This document shows positions 9,808-20,441 of a stretch of 33,969 nt of DNA, one piece after another. This DNA is from Nemertoderma westbladi (Eukaryota > Animalia > Xenacoelomorpha). The notes below the pieces were generated by a model. It made no database searches. It was not told where the DNA came from and saw only the letters and a program-made list of their open reading frames with translations. The stretch is taken from the NCBI GenBank assembly GCA_032718475.1, contig JAUCBJ010002868.1, positions 1 to 33,969 on the forward strand. The letters are read 5' to 3'. The position numbers were made by a program, and so were the translations under genes. Positions within the stretch are counted from its first letter, which is position 1; each line of letters starts with the position of its first letter.

Positions 9808-10750
9808 TTAAGTTGTGTTTACTCAGTCACTCTATCCCAGACAATAAGCAAATATTAACTGTTAATGTATTACACCGCCAGCTGAATAGCTCTTCCCAGT
9901 GAATCCTAAGGGAATATCTATAAGGTTATTCACTGCTATGTTAGGTGGGAGGGCAGCTGATTGAATTTTAAGCACTACTGGGCCGTTCAAATGTATTATA
10001 GGTTAATAATAATGATATGTAGGGTCTGGTATTACTTTCTCTCAGACGGTAAGCAAATGGGGAAGGACACAACTACACTACGTTTGTCTTATCGCCAGCT
10101 TGCTGGCGTTTCTAGTTATTTAAAGCCATACCCATACAAAGTGTAAGAATTAAGCTCTCTCTGGCCTGACATTTCCATAGAATCTAAAACAATAATTTAT
10201 TGTTGAATTTATTATAATTAGATGACCTTTAGGGCTTCTTGCTGTCAAAGAACATATGTTTGTTTGTTTGTCTGTGTGTGTGCGTGGACGCACATTGATA
10301 TTGGCTTGGTAGAGAACGTGTTCTACATGTTGGGATGTCAAGTATATGTGCATCTTCTTTCAATCCAATATTCCACTAATAAAGCAGTCAGCTATAATCA
10401 CTTTAAGGTCTTAACACTAGAGTCTTACAACCTTTAACTACAAACTTACCAAACTTACCAAAATTACCTTAAAGTTAATATATACATCACAACCCCTTGT
10501 TAGTCAGTATGTCGGTACATTCAATTATCAGCTATAATCACAAAAGCTATCGGGCAAACTTATATTGATAATTATACTATTAATCAAACCATTATTGAAA
10601 GAAAGCGCCCATTGTTCTGGTTTCGTATAATATTATTATTAGGGTTACATGCATATTATATGCTTATATTAAATTGGTTGCTTCATTGCGATGCCGGATT
10701 TGGATATGGTTAAATATTTGTTTATCTTTTCGCTTCAGAAACGGAATTAA

Positions 10751-11915
10751 GGGGGGGGGGGGGGGGGGGGGGGTAGCGCATTTTCAGACCAAAAAGTCGA
10801 ATTTGTGAAACATATCCTATCTGATGTAGAATTTCATGCTGAATCCAAATATGGAAACCGTTTTCCCATATCTTACTTAGTTTTCGAGATATCTGGGATA
10901 GAAGATACTGGCTCCGATGTATCGCGATATCGGTAAAGGAGATGAAGTTTGGGGTTTGCATTCAATTTCTGAATATTTCTGTGCTCAGTGGTGCTAATTG
11001 GATGTCTCCACGAGAAAGAGCACAAAATTTTAATTGAGAAAATATTTTTTTATGATTATTGGACCTACTGATCAGTTTATAAGACAAGTTCAAGTCTCCG
11101 GAATGAAGACGGGACTCGAATACGCGACTCTGCGGTCTTTGCGGGATTACACGGAATAGACTTATCAGTTATCGGAGATCTTCAAAATGTATAATCTCCA
11201 GTTCTAGTGGTCGTACGAAGTTCGTATTGGGCTCATTCGAAAGCTCTTTTCTCAGAGACCAAAGTTACCATTTGGTTTGGCAAACTCTTGAAAGCTGTCT
11301 GAGCAATCATAACTTGAACAAAATTTGCAAGGCATATTTTACCCAAATTCATGTTATGTTGCTTTACAACCATTTTGTCTTAAATCAAATGGAAACTTTG
11401 TTCTCTAAGAAAAGAGCTTTCGAATGAGCCTAAAACGAACTTCGTACGACCACTAGAACTGGAGATTATACATTTTGAAGATCTCCGATGACCAATAAGT
11501 CTATTCCGTGTAATCGCGCAAAGACCGCAGAGTCGCTTATTCGAGTCCAGTCTTCATTCCGGAGACTTGAAGTTGTCTTATAAACTGATCAGTAGGTCCA
11601 ATAATCATAAAAAAATACCTTCTCAATTAAAATTTTGTGCTCTTTCTCGTGGAGACATCCAATTGGCACCACTGAGCGCAGAAATTTGCAGAAATTGAAT
11701 GCAAACCCCAAACTTCATCGCCTTTACCGATATCGCGATATATCGGAGCCAGTATCTTCTATCCCAGATATATCGAAAACTAAGCAAGATATAAGCAAGA
11801 AAACTAAGCACGGTTTCCATATTTGGATTCAGAATGAAATTCTGCATCAGATAGGATATGTTTCAAAAATTCGTATTTTTGGTTAGAAAATGCGCTACCC
11901 CCCCCCCCCCCCCCC
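10751..11915. mobile_element. Fully palindromic 1165-bp non-autonomous DNA transposon, Kolobok-like
   Basis: TTAA on both sides (10747-10750, 11916-11919). Termini are G23-TAGCGCATTTTC and GAAAATGCGCTA-C18, and the arms stay complementary almost to the centre (about 11330). A TTAA TSD with RR..YY ends fits Kolobok rather than piggyBac. Confidence 0.85.
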
Positions 11916-12004
11916 TTAAGATTTAGTTTTTTCGGGTTTGTTGTCTTTATAGACGGTCTTCTTATATCCAGCTTGCGGGCTTTCTAGTACAGAACCCATC
12001 ATTA

Positions 12005-13340
12005 TACTACTACTACTACAATCGGCCTGCTGCATTGAAACTCACATTGAGATGCTATGCCAGCTTAACAACAACATTTTGTCAACACCATGCAATCCAC
12101 AATTGACAAGCCCAATGCAGCTTGCATTACGAATGCTACGCCGGCTTTATCAACAAAATTGCGCCGCCACAACTCCCTATCGCCCATGACATTTGCTAGA
12201 TCATCCGCATCTTCAAGGCCAGTGTCCTTTAAGATGCGTCTCAAGAAAGTCATGGGCTGTCCACCATGCTTATTCACTCCATGAGGCTGCCAAAGTACAA
12301 GATTATGCACTGGCTGGTCCTCACGCCGAAAACAATGTCCTGCAAAGCGGAGGCGGCTTTGTTAAAGTGTCAAGCATGGGGGAACCAATGAGACACCTCC
12401 AATGTTATATAGTGTCTGGTTGGAGATGTGTGCATGGTACTTGACACAATGAACCCGGCGTAGCATTCTTGTGAATGGGCCATCCAGAGATTTGGTGTCC
12501 TCAGCAGTTAGAGACCAGCATGGACTCCCCTAGAGGAGTACTGGAACTACCGCTGCTCTAAATAATCGGACCTTAAGTTTCTGATGTATTCTGTGTGACT
12601 TTCAAATCCTGGAAAGCCTATTCAAGGCTGCCCATGCCTTTCCCTTACGTATTCGAAGGTCCTCACCTGACTTCCGGAACCATGATCCCAGATAACAGAA
12701 GTCGTCCACATGCTCAAGCATACCATCCTTTAGGCTTTTATACTCATCCGATAAGAGATTTGCTGAGGACTCTCAAAGTTAACTTGCAAAATTTTGATCT
12801 TTTAGGAGTTAACAAAAAGACCAACACTAGAAGCAGCCAGCCTATTCTAATGAGCTGAGGAGCCGTTGGGATTCCCTCTAGTGATTCTGGTGTTACCATC
12901 ACCCCATCATCATAAATCAGCATCTAATTATTATAGATGATAGATGTAGATTATTACAGCTATTAGTAACATAATTCATGAATTTCAATCTCTGAGGACC
13001 AGTCAATGGCATTCTAGGGTAGTTTACGTACAACAATATGCCACGTGGTCATTATTCTTGAATAATACTGATTTGCCAGCCTTGTGAACCCGATAATATT
13101 GACTTTCAAGGGCAGACCCCAGTCACTGACAACAGTCAGTCAATCACAGCTGATAAACAACCAATGATCTCTTGCATTATAATGTAGTTTGGGCATGGGC
13201 CAGTATGTCTTAGCCGGCAGTATGCGGCCAAGACACAGTAAATACCTGTTTTTAAGCGTACATCATGCGAATAAGGAAACAAAACAGTAACAGTTGAGCT
13301 ATTTGTGGGTGGGTAGAATACAACGAGATTGCTATCGTGA
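12005..13340 (-). mobile_element. Internally deleted RTE/RTEX-like LINE, same family as 7790-8423
   Basis: Minus strand: VVFYPPTNSS (APE-like, about 13300), a degenerate DADxxDD (12906-12924), HNLVLWQPHG...LKDTGLEDADDLANVMGDRELWRR, and a (TAG)n tail at about 12005-12020. Confidence 0.8.
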
Positions 13341-13604
13341 GGCGGAACTCGGGTCTGGGGCAGTGTGGGGTGTGTCTGATGCATTAGCAAGACTGACGTG
13401 TCAGTTAGGTGAGTGAGCTCGAGGTGGGAGTAAGGTGAGGTGGGAGCGTGATGTTTGGTTAAATTTCTTAAAAATGTAAAATTATGGTTATGTTTTGTTT
13501 AGAAAAAGGAAAAAACGAGGACGCACGTCACCGGGGGTTGATCCAGAAGAAGACGTTTGTTTCGGCCACCAGGCATCATTCTCCAATTTATTAAATTTCT
13601 TAAA

Positions 13605-13683
13605 TACCGATTTTGTGATAAAATCGCTGGATTTGTGTCTCATAACTGAGTCTCGTGCTGCGCGAAGGCCCCACAAACGTGTT
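13605..13683. repeat. Dispersed repeat, family B copy 2
   Basis: taccgattttgtgata...ctcataactgagtctcgtgctgcgcgaaggccccacaaacgtgt. Confidence 0.85.
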
Positions 13684-14696
13684 TCTACTGTGTCAAAGGC
13701 GATGAAAATTATGATTGTACACCCAACTCTACAATAGCACTGCAGAAAAAGAAAATGTCAAAAACAAGGTCAAAAGAATAAAAGAGATATTTTCATTTAT
13801 CATCATTATATGCCAACCTTTCAAAGGAAAATACGTAAATATATACTGCATGATGCCGCCTGCATGAATATATGAATATATAATGTTCTCTTACAAAAGG
13901 CAATTTAATTTACGACGTATAGGTAAATTCAATGGATAATGAACATAGGGTTGGGGTTATGAGGGGAAGGTTGGTGGAGGGCTCCAATAACGAACGGTTC
14001 TGGCCAGAGTCCAGGAGCTACCAGAATGAATAATAACTGTCACGGCATCCCTGCTGATGGCCACCTTTAATCGGGCCAGGCTTCCTGGGGATCCGAGTTA
14101 CAGCCCCGGTTATATGACGTCAGTGTAAATAGCACCTGAATATCGATGTCCTGGTGTTAAATTCCTGCCCTGCCCGAACGGCGTCGGACAGGCCAGGGAA
14201 TTCTTGATTGAAAGCGTATCCACGGTTACCTCTGGGTGTTTGAATATTTTTATTAATATTGATTTCGTTCCGCATATCTTAACAACGCGGCAACGGCAAA
14301 AGATCAAATGGCTGTAAATAAATGATATAAATGGGATTTGGCACTAATCACTGGGTATTAAGCATTATTAAGCATTGTACATCATTAAACTTAGGTAGGT
14401 GTTGGTTTAAGTACGAGTATTCTATGTAACCTGTGCTTTTGACATTCGTATTGTTTTGGTTAGAATATAACTTTGCAATAAAGTCTCCCGTGTTCCTAGT
14501 CACTCGAGATAGAGGGTTGTTGGTGGGGGGGGGGGAAGTAAATCCCATCTCGATTATCCCAATTAAGGGACAGACAGGCGTAGATTTCAGTGGCACTTTA
14601 TTCTAACAAAAACAATAAACGAAAAGCCATAAAGCAATAGAACATGTTACATTTTACTTTTGTGAGTAATCCCCCCTGTCTTAGCCAGTGAGCATT

Positions 14697-14910
14697 GTGG
14701 GACGAGCGACGAAAGAAAGTGAGCTTAGCATACAGGTACCACTAACTCAAATGTTGTGTATGTTGCTCTGTTGTTCTATTTTGTTCAATTTTAAACGTTA
14801 ATAACTCAGCCAAATATCGATGAAATCTATCCAAACTTGGTACACATGTAGTCTGGCAAAAGTTTAGAAATTTTCCAAGTTGAATTTCCGTGTGGCCTTC
14901 GAGAAGCTAA
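14697..14910 (+). mobile_element. HINE-like element, family A copy 2
   Basis: tttaaacgttaataactc...gatgaaatctatccaaacttggtacacatgt...ggccttcg shared with 5400-5620. Confidence 0.6.
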
Positions 14911-15283
14911 GATAATAGCAGTTTATTAATTAAATTAAAATTAATTAAGTTGGTTGGGGTAAAAACAGCATTTTCAAGCCTGTCTTTTAATGGAAATTAA
15001 TTATTTTAGAGTATAAGATATAAATAATTATACTTAAAAGTTATACAGCTGTGATCCACATACCCCATTCCATTATAGTTTTTATATTAGTTCAGGTGAT
15101 TTACTTTAAGAAATGTGTTTTTAATTGATCTAAACGTAATTAAGTATCAAAATGCCCTCGCCACTCTATACCTCCCTCATTCCTTGGCATACTAGCTAGC
15201 TATTGCCTACTACTTGGCACGGGTAATTACAACTATATAGGAGATGAAGTGAAAGTTGTCACAACTTATAGTTGTGGAGTATA

Positions 15284-15413
15284 GGAGATGTGTGCATTGT
15301 ACAGTGAACAATACGTAGAATTATTGTGAATGTGCCATCCAGAGATTTGGTGTCCTCAGCAGTTAGAACCGAGCATGGACTCCCCTAGAGGAGTACTGGA
15401 ACTACCGCTGCTC
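15284..15413 (-). mobile_element. Third fragment of the RTE-like family
   Basis: Near-identical to 12422-12558 (ccatccagagatttggtgtcctcagcagttaga...catggactcccctagaggagtactggaactaccgctgctc). Confidence 0.85.
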
Positions 15414-15515
15414 CAAAGGGCGGTTGAAGCAAGGGGAACTTTCCTCTCTTCTTTGATTTATTCTTATTGGCGATATTTGTTTAAATTTCTTAATTATATA
15501 TTTAAATTTCTTAAG

Positions 15516-15600
15516 TACCGATTTTGGGATAGAATTGCTCAATTTTAATCTGCATCTGATAACTGAGCCTCGTGCTGCGCGATGGCCCCACGAACGTGTT
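15516..15600. repeat. Dispersed repeat, family B copy 3
   Basis: taccgattttgggata...ataactgagcctcgtgctgcgcgatggccccacgaacgtgt. Confidence 0.85.
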
Positions 15601-16695
15601 TTACAGCGCAGACATAATGCAATCTGTGACCGCCTTTCCATCACTCGGAATTCTCTTCAATTCAATAAAAATGTTATAAAATATGGATTAATTATTATCT
15701 ACTGTCTACTATCTACTATATTATCTACTGTTATTATCTACTGTATCCTCACATCCAGGCTCATCGAGGCTCAAATCCATAAAATCCAATAATTACAAAT
15801 AATATGAGTTCCATAAAATACCTTTTGGAATGCAAAATTGTATTTTTTAATTTAGTTAACAATAAAATAACTATATGTCAATTGAAATTTAAAATCAATA
15901 TCAATATCACGTTAAACTAAATTATATTCAGTAATAACTAACATATTTAAAATATAAATGAAGATTTATAAGCAGTTATTTTACGAAGTAACAAAATTAG
16001 CACATATCAATTATAATTACAGTTAAGTTATACATTACAGTAGTAGTGGGGAGAAATAATGTTCAAGGGAAAAATGCGCATAAGAACATAATTATAATAG
16101 CATATAAACCATGGAAGTAATAGCATTCGTCTGCGAGTAGAATTTATCCCATCTGCACTCAATGTAAAATATGGGAACCGGTAGTAAATATGTTTGAAGG
16201 GCCGACCGCCGACCCAATTGGTTTTTATGGCTCATCTTCTTTTGAATAATATTCGTTCAAAGAATTTAAAAAAATATTCTAATTGGTTTAATTGATTACC
16301 CATTTACATGGTATAAGTTTAACTACCGCTATTTATTTCTTATCAATTTAACAAAAATAATGCCATTATTATTGAATCATATTAATTAATAGTGTAGGAT
16401 ACAAATAATATAGAACTCAAACATAAATATGTCACATAATCAATTTACTTCTAACTTTACTTACAATCACATTACATCGGTCTCAACAAAGACTTAGTTG
16501 GTTGAGTTTACAATACAGTGTGGAACATAATTTTATACAGTAGAAGAACTGGAGCAATGCAATGCCCATTTATAATGAGTCAGAAATGGTTTCCTTACAA
16601 TAGTTCTATAATAATTTGACTCAGTGTCATACAAAAATGTTTCAAACGACGAATAGAGATTTTAAAAATGGTCGGATAGCTTTGTTATCTGCCGT

Positions 16696-16744
16696 CAGTT
16701 AAGTGGCATCTGAGAAGATAAGACTCTCAGATGCCACTTAACTG
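16696..16744. repeat. Perfect 20-bp inverted repeat with a 9-nt loop
   Basis: cagttaagtggcatctgaga-agataagac-tctcagatgccacttaactg. Confidence 0.9.
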
Positions 16745-17726
16745 CCACGACTATCGTCCCAAAATATCACAACAACATATACAATTCACAATGTTGGGAA
16801 AATTCCAGTGAAAATCGGTAGAAAATAAAATTACATATTGAATGGGAAATAAGTATTTATGTCATTTAATATTTCGTCATAAAAATAATTGATTTATCTC
16901 GTTCGGAAAGAAATGAAAATAAAGTTCTTCTTTCTTAAAATTACATTTTTGAAATTATAATAAATATAAATTTCACTTAAACCATAATATTTTGTTTTCA
17001 GTTATTCTATGAATCTGGCATCAATTTCATCTCACTTTTTGGAATCCTCTATGAAACCGAACCATTAATCATATATAATATTACATTATTAGTCGGGCTG
17101 CTGTAAACGATACGAGTTTCCTCTGTTTTCAAGATGGCTTGCAAATGAAACCACTAATCTCGTTCGCCATGTTTGATAATTAGATAAAATATATTCAGAG
17201 GACGTATTCACAACAGATAATTATGCTCACTGCCGGAGCCTCAACCCCTCTGATAATAGGCGGTAGCTACACCGAATATATTATATCTCGAGATAAAACA
17301 ATTGTCCTGGCCGAATTTGACTCCTACTCTATATACTCCGACCCTATATGTACAATGGCGCCCTACGAAGATCAGACATATCTGTAGTGAAATGACGCGG
17401 TGGGAATATTTTTGAGAGGAGAGGGTTAGCATAATTTTCGTTGAAATACGAAAATTGCTGCATGAGTTTGAGGGGCGACATCTGGGCGCCCAGGAAGGCA
17501 GGGTTTGAATAATGAATACTGCAGTCCATGATAATGCTGGTTCTGTTGTTAGGTCCTATGATGTTAGCCCCTGTAAAAAAATGTCCAATGAGTAAAAATG
17601 AACACCACAAAAATGTCTGTCTGTAAACTTAAGACAAATATAATTTGATCACATACCGTACAGCAATGTAGGCATCTCAGTGACAACAATACTGCGAGAA
17701 TAGTTGGAAAAGAGAGGTAAATTAAT

Positions 17727-20441
17727 TTATTGGCTTATGGAACTATTTGACACGAGGGGGGTAATTGCCTCTGTTACATTTGGGCTGTAAATTTCGTTGC
17801 TAATTGTATCAGGTTCATCTGAAATTCGTGGACTGTTACTATCCTTCAGGGTTGCAGTTGATTGCCCCCCCTGAATAACTGCCATCATCTGTGTATCCAA
17901 CATCTCCATTTTAACCGCCAAGGAGTGAATATCATTTTTCAGCTCGTTTCTTAGTTTCATAAGGGCATTCGTGCCAGATTCATCTGGAGTCGATCTCGCT
18001 GTACCGTTCGATTTATTTATAGAAGGGCTGCGATCTAGAGATGTGGCTACAACATTGTTTTTATCGGTTTTAATCCACGGTCTTTTGACAGTTTTACTAG
18101 GTTTAGTTATAGATGGACTGAAAACCAGCGAATTTTCAGCTGCAGCTCCTTTTGATTGTCGGCTATCTGTTTGACGGTCCCCCTCACTAGAAGATTGTAC
18201 TAGAATCTCCGAAGGATTTTCATCTCCTTCTGGAGCAGAACGATTCGTTTCGTCCTGATCCGGACTCGGGAGTTGTTTGAACCTGTTAATCATTTTACGT
18301 ACTGGATGATCCAAAGGAATGTTGTTTGCTGGTTCGATTCTTTGTTTTGCTTTCTCAGCCTGTTCCCGTCGATAATCTTTTAATTTCTTTAATCTGGTTC
18401 TGTTTCGCAGATTGTATGTAAGAATCATATTGCGATTGAAGGAATGGGCGAATGCTGTATAGAACTGCAGCACATTGAGCAAATCGTCACGGTGTATTAC
18501 GTGAAGATCACTGTATGTTAAAGCACGGACATTAACGCATGCCTGCCCCACACTGCGTTCCTTCCAAAAGTAATCCCCATAACAGTCACCCCGAGTCAAT
18601 ATAGCCACTACTTCGTCATCCTGAATGACTTCCAAGCTACCTGAAATTACAAAACACAAATTTTCTATACTTTCCCCTGTGTGTGAAAGCAGATCGCTTG
18701 GAGCACTGTGTCGCAACTCAAAGTTTATTGCCAATGCACGTAAGCAACCTTCACTAGCAAGTCTGAAGGCTGGGTGTTCCTTCAGAACATGTCTGAACAA
18801 GTGAACACCAAGATCAGCCCGCATATCCTTTGGGCAATAGTTCATGACCTTGTCGGTGTCAACACCTTTAGACATCGTCCACGAGGAAATAAAATAGTCT
18901 AAGACTCGTTCACCTAATTCCCTTTCTACTTGGTGGAATTTTATGAAATCGCGAATACTAGTGAGCATATCATGGTAGCGGTTGTTGTTAGCCTGGAACT
19001 CTTGGTACATGGTGGTGATGCTTCCGAAAATAACAGCATACATGAGAGCTCCGAAAAACATGAGAACACAAACGAAGGCTTTCTCAAAGGTTGTTTCAGC
19101 AGCTATATTTCCGAAACCAACTGTCGTCATTACACTGAGTGTGAAGTACAGAGCACTGACATACGTAACCTGTACTTCTTCTGTAGTCACATTTGTTTCA
19201 TTAAATTTCATCTGTTGGGTTATGTAACTGCGATTGCGCACATAATTGAGCCAATTATCATCACGTGTTGCAACCTCACTGTAACCAATTGCTACCCATA
19301 TGAGTGAAAACCAATGGGCTATTATCAAGTAATTACATAAAAACACAATGAGTTGGCCACCAATGTACTCCATGTAATCGTCGATTCTGCGAATGATGCG
19401 AAAGCACCTCAAAACCCTAATAACTTTGATGATTCGCACCGCACTGATTGTTTGGGAATGAATTTCAGCAGTTGGAACACTGTTCCATATTTGTTGAATA
19501 ATCTCGAATGGGATTGATGAAATTACATCAATTAATAACCACGTGCGCAAATACTTCCTGCTGATAAGTCGAGAATCAGTTATTATTTCACCTGAATGAT
19601 CAGCATAAGTTGTCCGGAAGTTCATTCCAATATCAATGCAGAATGTAAGGTCAACTAAAGAGTCAAGTATTGCTAAGGCCGTGTTTTCCATCAAAACTTT
19701 ATTAAATCGATAGGTGATCATGAATGGTGCTATTAGAGCCGTGTATAGTGTGAGCAGGAAGAGCCCCCAGTCCCAGGCCTGGCGGAAGGTACCGGAATGT
19801 AGTAGAATTAACTTAGGAATATAAGGTGACAGGAGTTCGTACCGCGGAAGAGTTGGGGCTTCGCTGCTAACTGTCAGCTGTGTGTCAGGGGGTGGAGCGT
19901 CACCTGCAGTCACACGATTCCGCCCAATCGATGGCCCCAGGCCTTGCTGCGTCAATTTACTGCGGTTGACTGTGCGAGCAAGTTTAACAAATCTACCCAT
20001 TGCCCGACTATCTTCATCATCCAAAGGCACTTTCACTGACGTGACATCCTTGAAAAGGCATAGAATTAGCACAACTTCATTTAGGTCATTGAATATCGGG
20101 GAAATTTCATAGTGCAACCACATAGGATGTTTGTTTTTTTTGTAAATCAACAACTCGAATTTTTCGTGTCCCTGATTTTCAAATATCTGTGAAAGTTTTC
20201 CAACTGCTTGCGGGTCTGTTAGCTCTCCGTGCAGGTGTGCGAGTGTGGCTGGTTTTAGCATCATTTCCGCCCGAGTATATCCAGTTAGCATGTAAAACTC
20301 ATCGCTTATAAACACCACAGGGTACTCGACAAAACGAGCGTTAGCAATTAGGAAACATGGGCTCTGTTCCTGACAACGCTTTGCCACATTCTCGAGAAAG
20401 TTATTCTGAGGGGCAAGCAGGCCACGTCTTTTGCCAGACAT
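17727..20441 (-). CDS. eag: Ether-a-go-go (EAG/Kv10, KCNH1/5-like) voltage-gated potassium channel, 904 aa, single ORF
   Basis: PAS-cap RRGLLAPQNNFLE, PAS domain, CaM site FVKLAR, S1-S6 with S4 RIIKVIRVLRCFRIIRR, filter TTVGFGN, C-linker CPKDMRAD, CNBHD EHPAFRLAS...SGSLEVIQDDEVVAIL, intrinsic ligand TYNL, DHPVR motif and C-terminal coiled coil. These are Kv10-type rather than ERG or ELK signatures. Confidence 0.97.
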   Translation of the reverse strand: MSGKRRGLLAPQNNFLENVAKRCQEQSPCFLIANARFVEYPVVFISDEFYMLTGYTRAEMMLKPATLAHLHGELTDPQAVGKLSQIFENQGHEKFELLIYKKNKHPMWLHYEISPIFNDLNEVVLILCLFKDVTSVKVPLDDEDSRAMGRFVKLARTVNRSKLTQQGLGPSIGRNRVTAGDAPPPDTQLTVSSEAPTLPRYELLSPYIPKLILLHSGTFRQAWDWGLFLLTLYTALIAPFMITYRFNKVLMENTALAILDSLVDLTFCIDIGMNFRTTYADHSGEIITDSRLISRKYLRTWLLIDVISSIPFEIIQQIWNSVPTAEIHSQTISAVRIIKVIRVLRCFRIIRRIDDYMEYIGGQLIVFLCNYLIIAHWFSLIWVAIGYSEVATRDDNWLNYVRNRSYITQQMKFNETNVTTEEVQVTYVSALYFTLSVMTTVGFGNIAAETTFEKAFVCVLMFFGALMYAVIFGSITTMYQEFQANNNRYHDMLTSIRDFIKFHQVERELGERVLDYFISSWTMSKGVDTDKVMNYCPKDMRADLGVHLFRHVLKEHPAFRLASEGCLRALAINFELRHSAPSDLLSHTGESIENLCFVISGSLEVIQDDEVVAILTRGDCYGDYFWKERSVGQACVNVRALTYSDLHVIHRDDLLNVLQFYTAFAHSFNRNMILTYNLRNRTRLKKLKDYRREQAEKAKQRIEPANNIPLDHPVRKMINRFKQLPSPDQDETNRSAPEGDENPSEILVQSSSEGDRQTDSRQSKGAAAENSLVFSPSITKPSKTVKRPWIKTDKNNVVATSLDRSPSINKSNGTARSTPDESGTNALMKLRNELKNDIHSLAVKMEMLDTQMMAVIQGGQSTATLKDSNSPRISDEPDTISNEIYSPNVTEAITPLVSNSSISQ

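Noticed and set aside
17971-20112. Plus-strand ORFs of 67-125 aa inside the channel gene
   Set aside because: Antisense shadows of the eag coding sequence.
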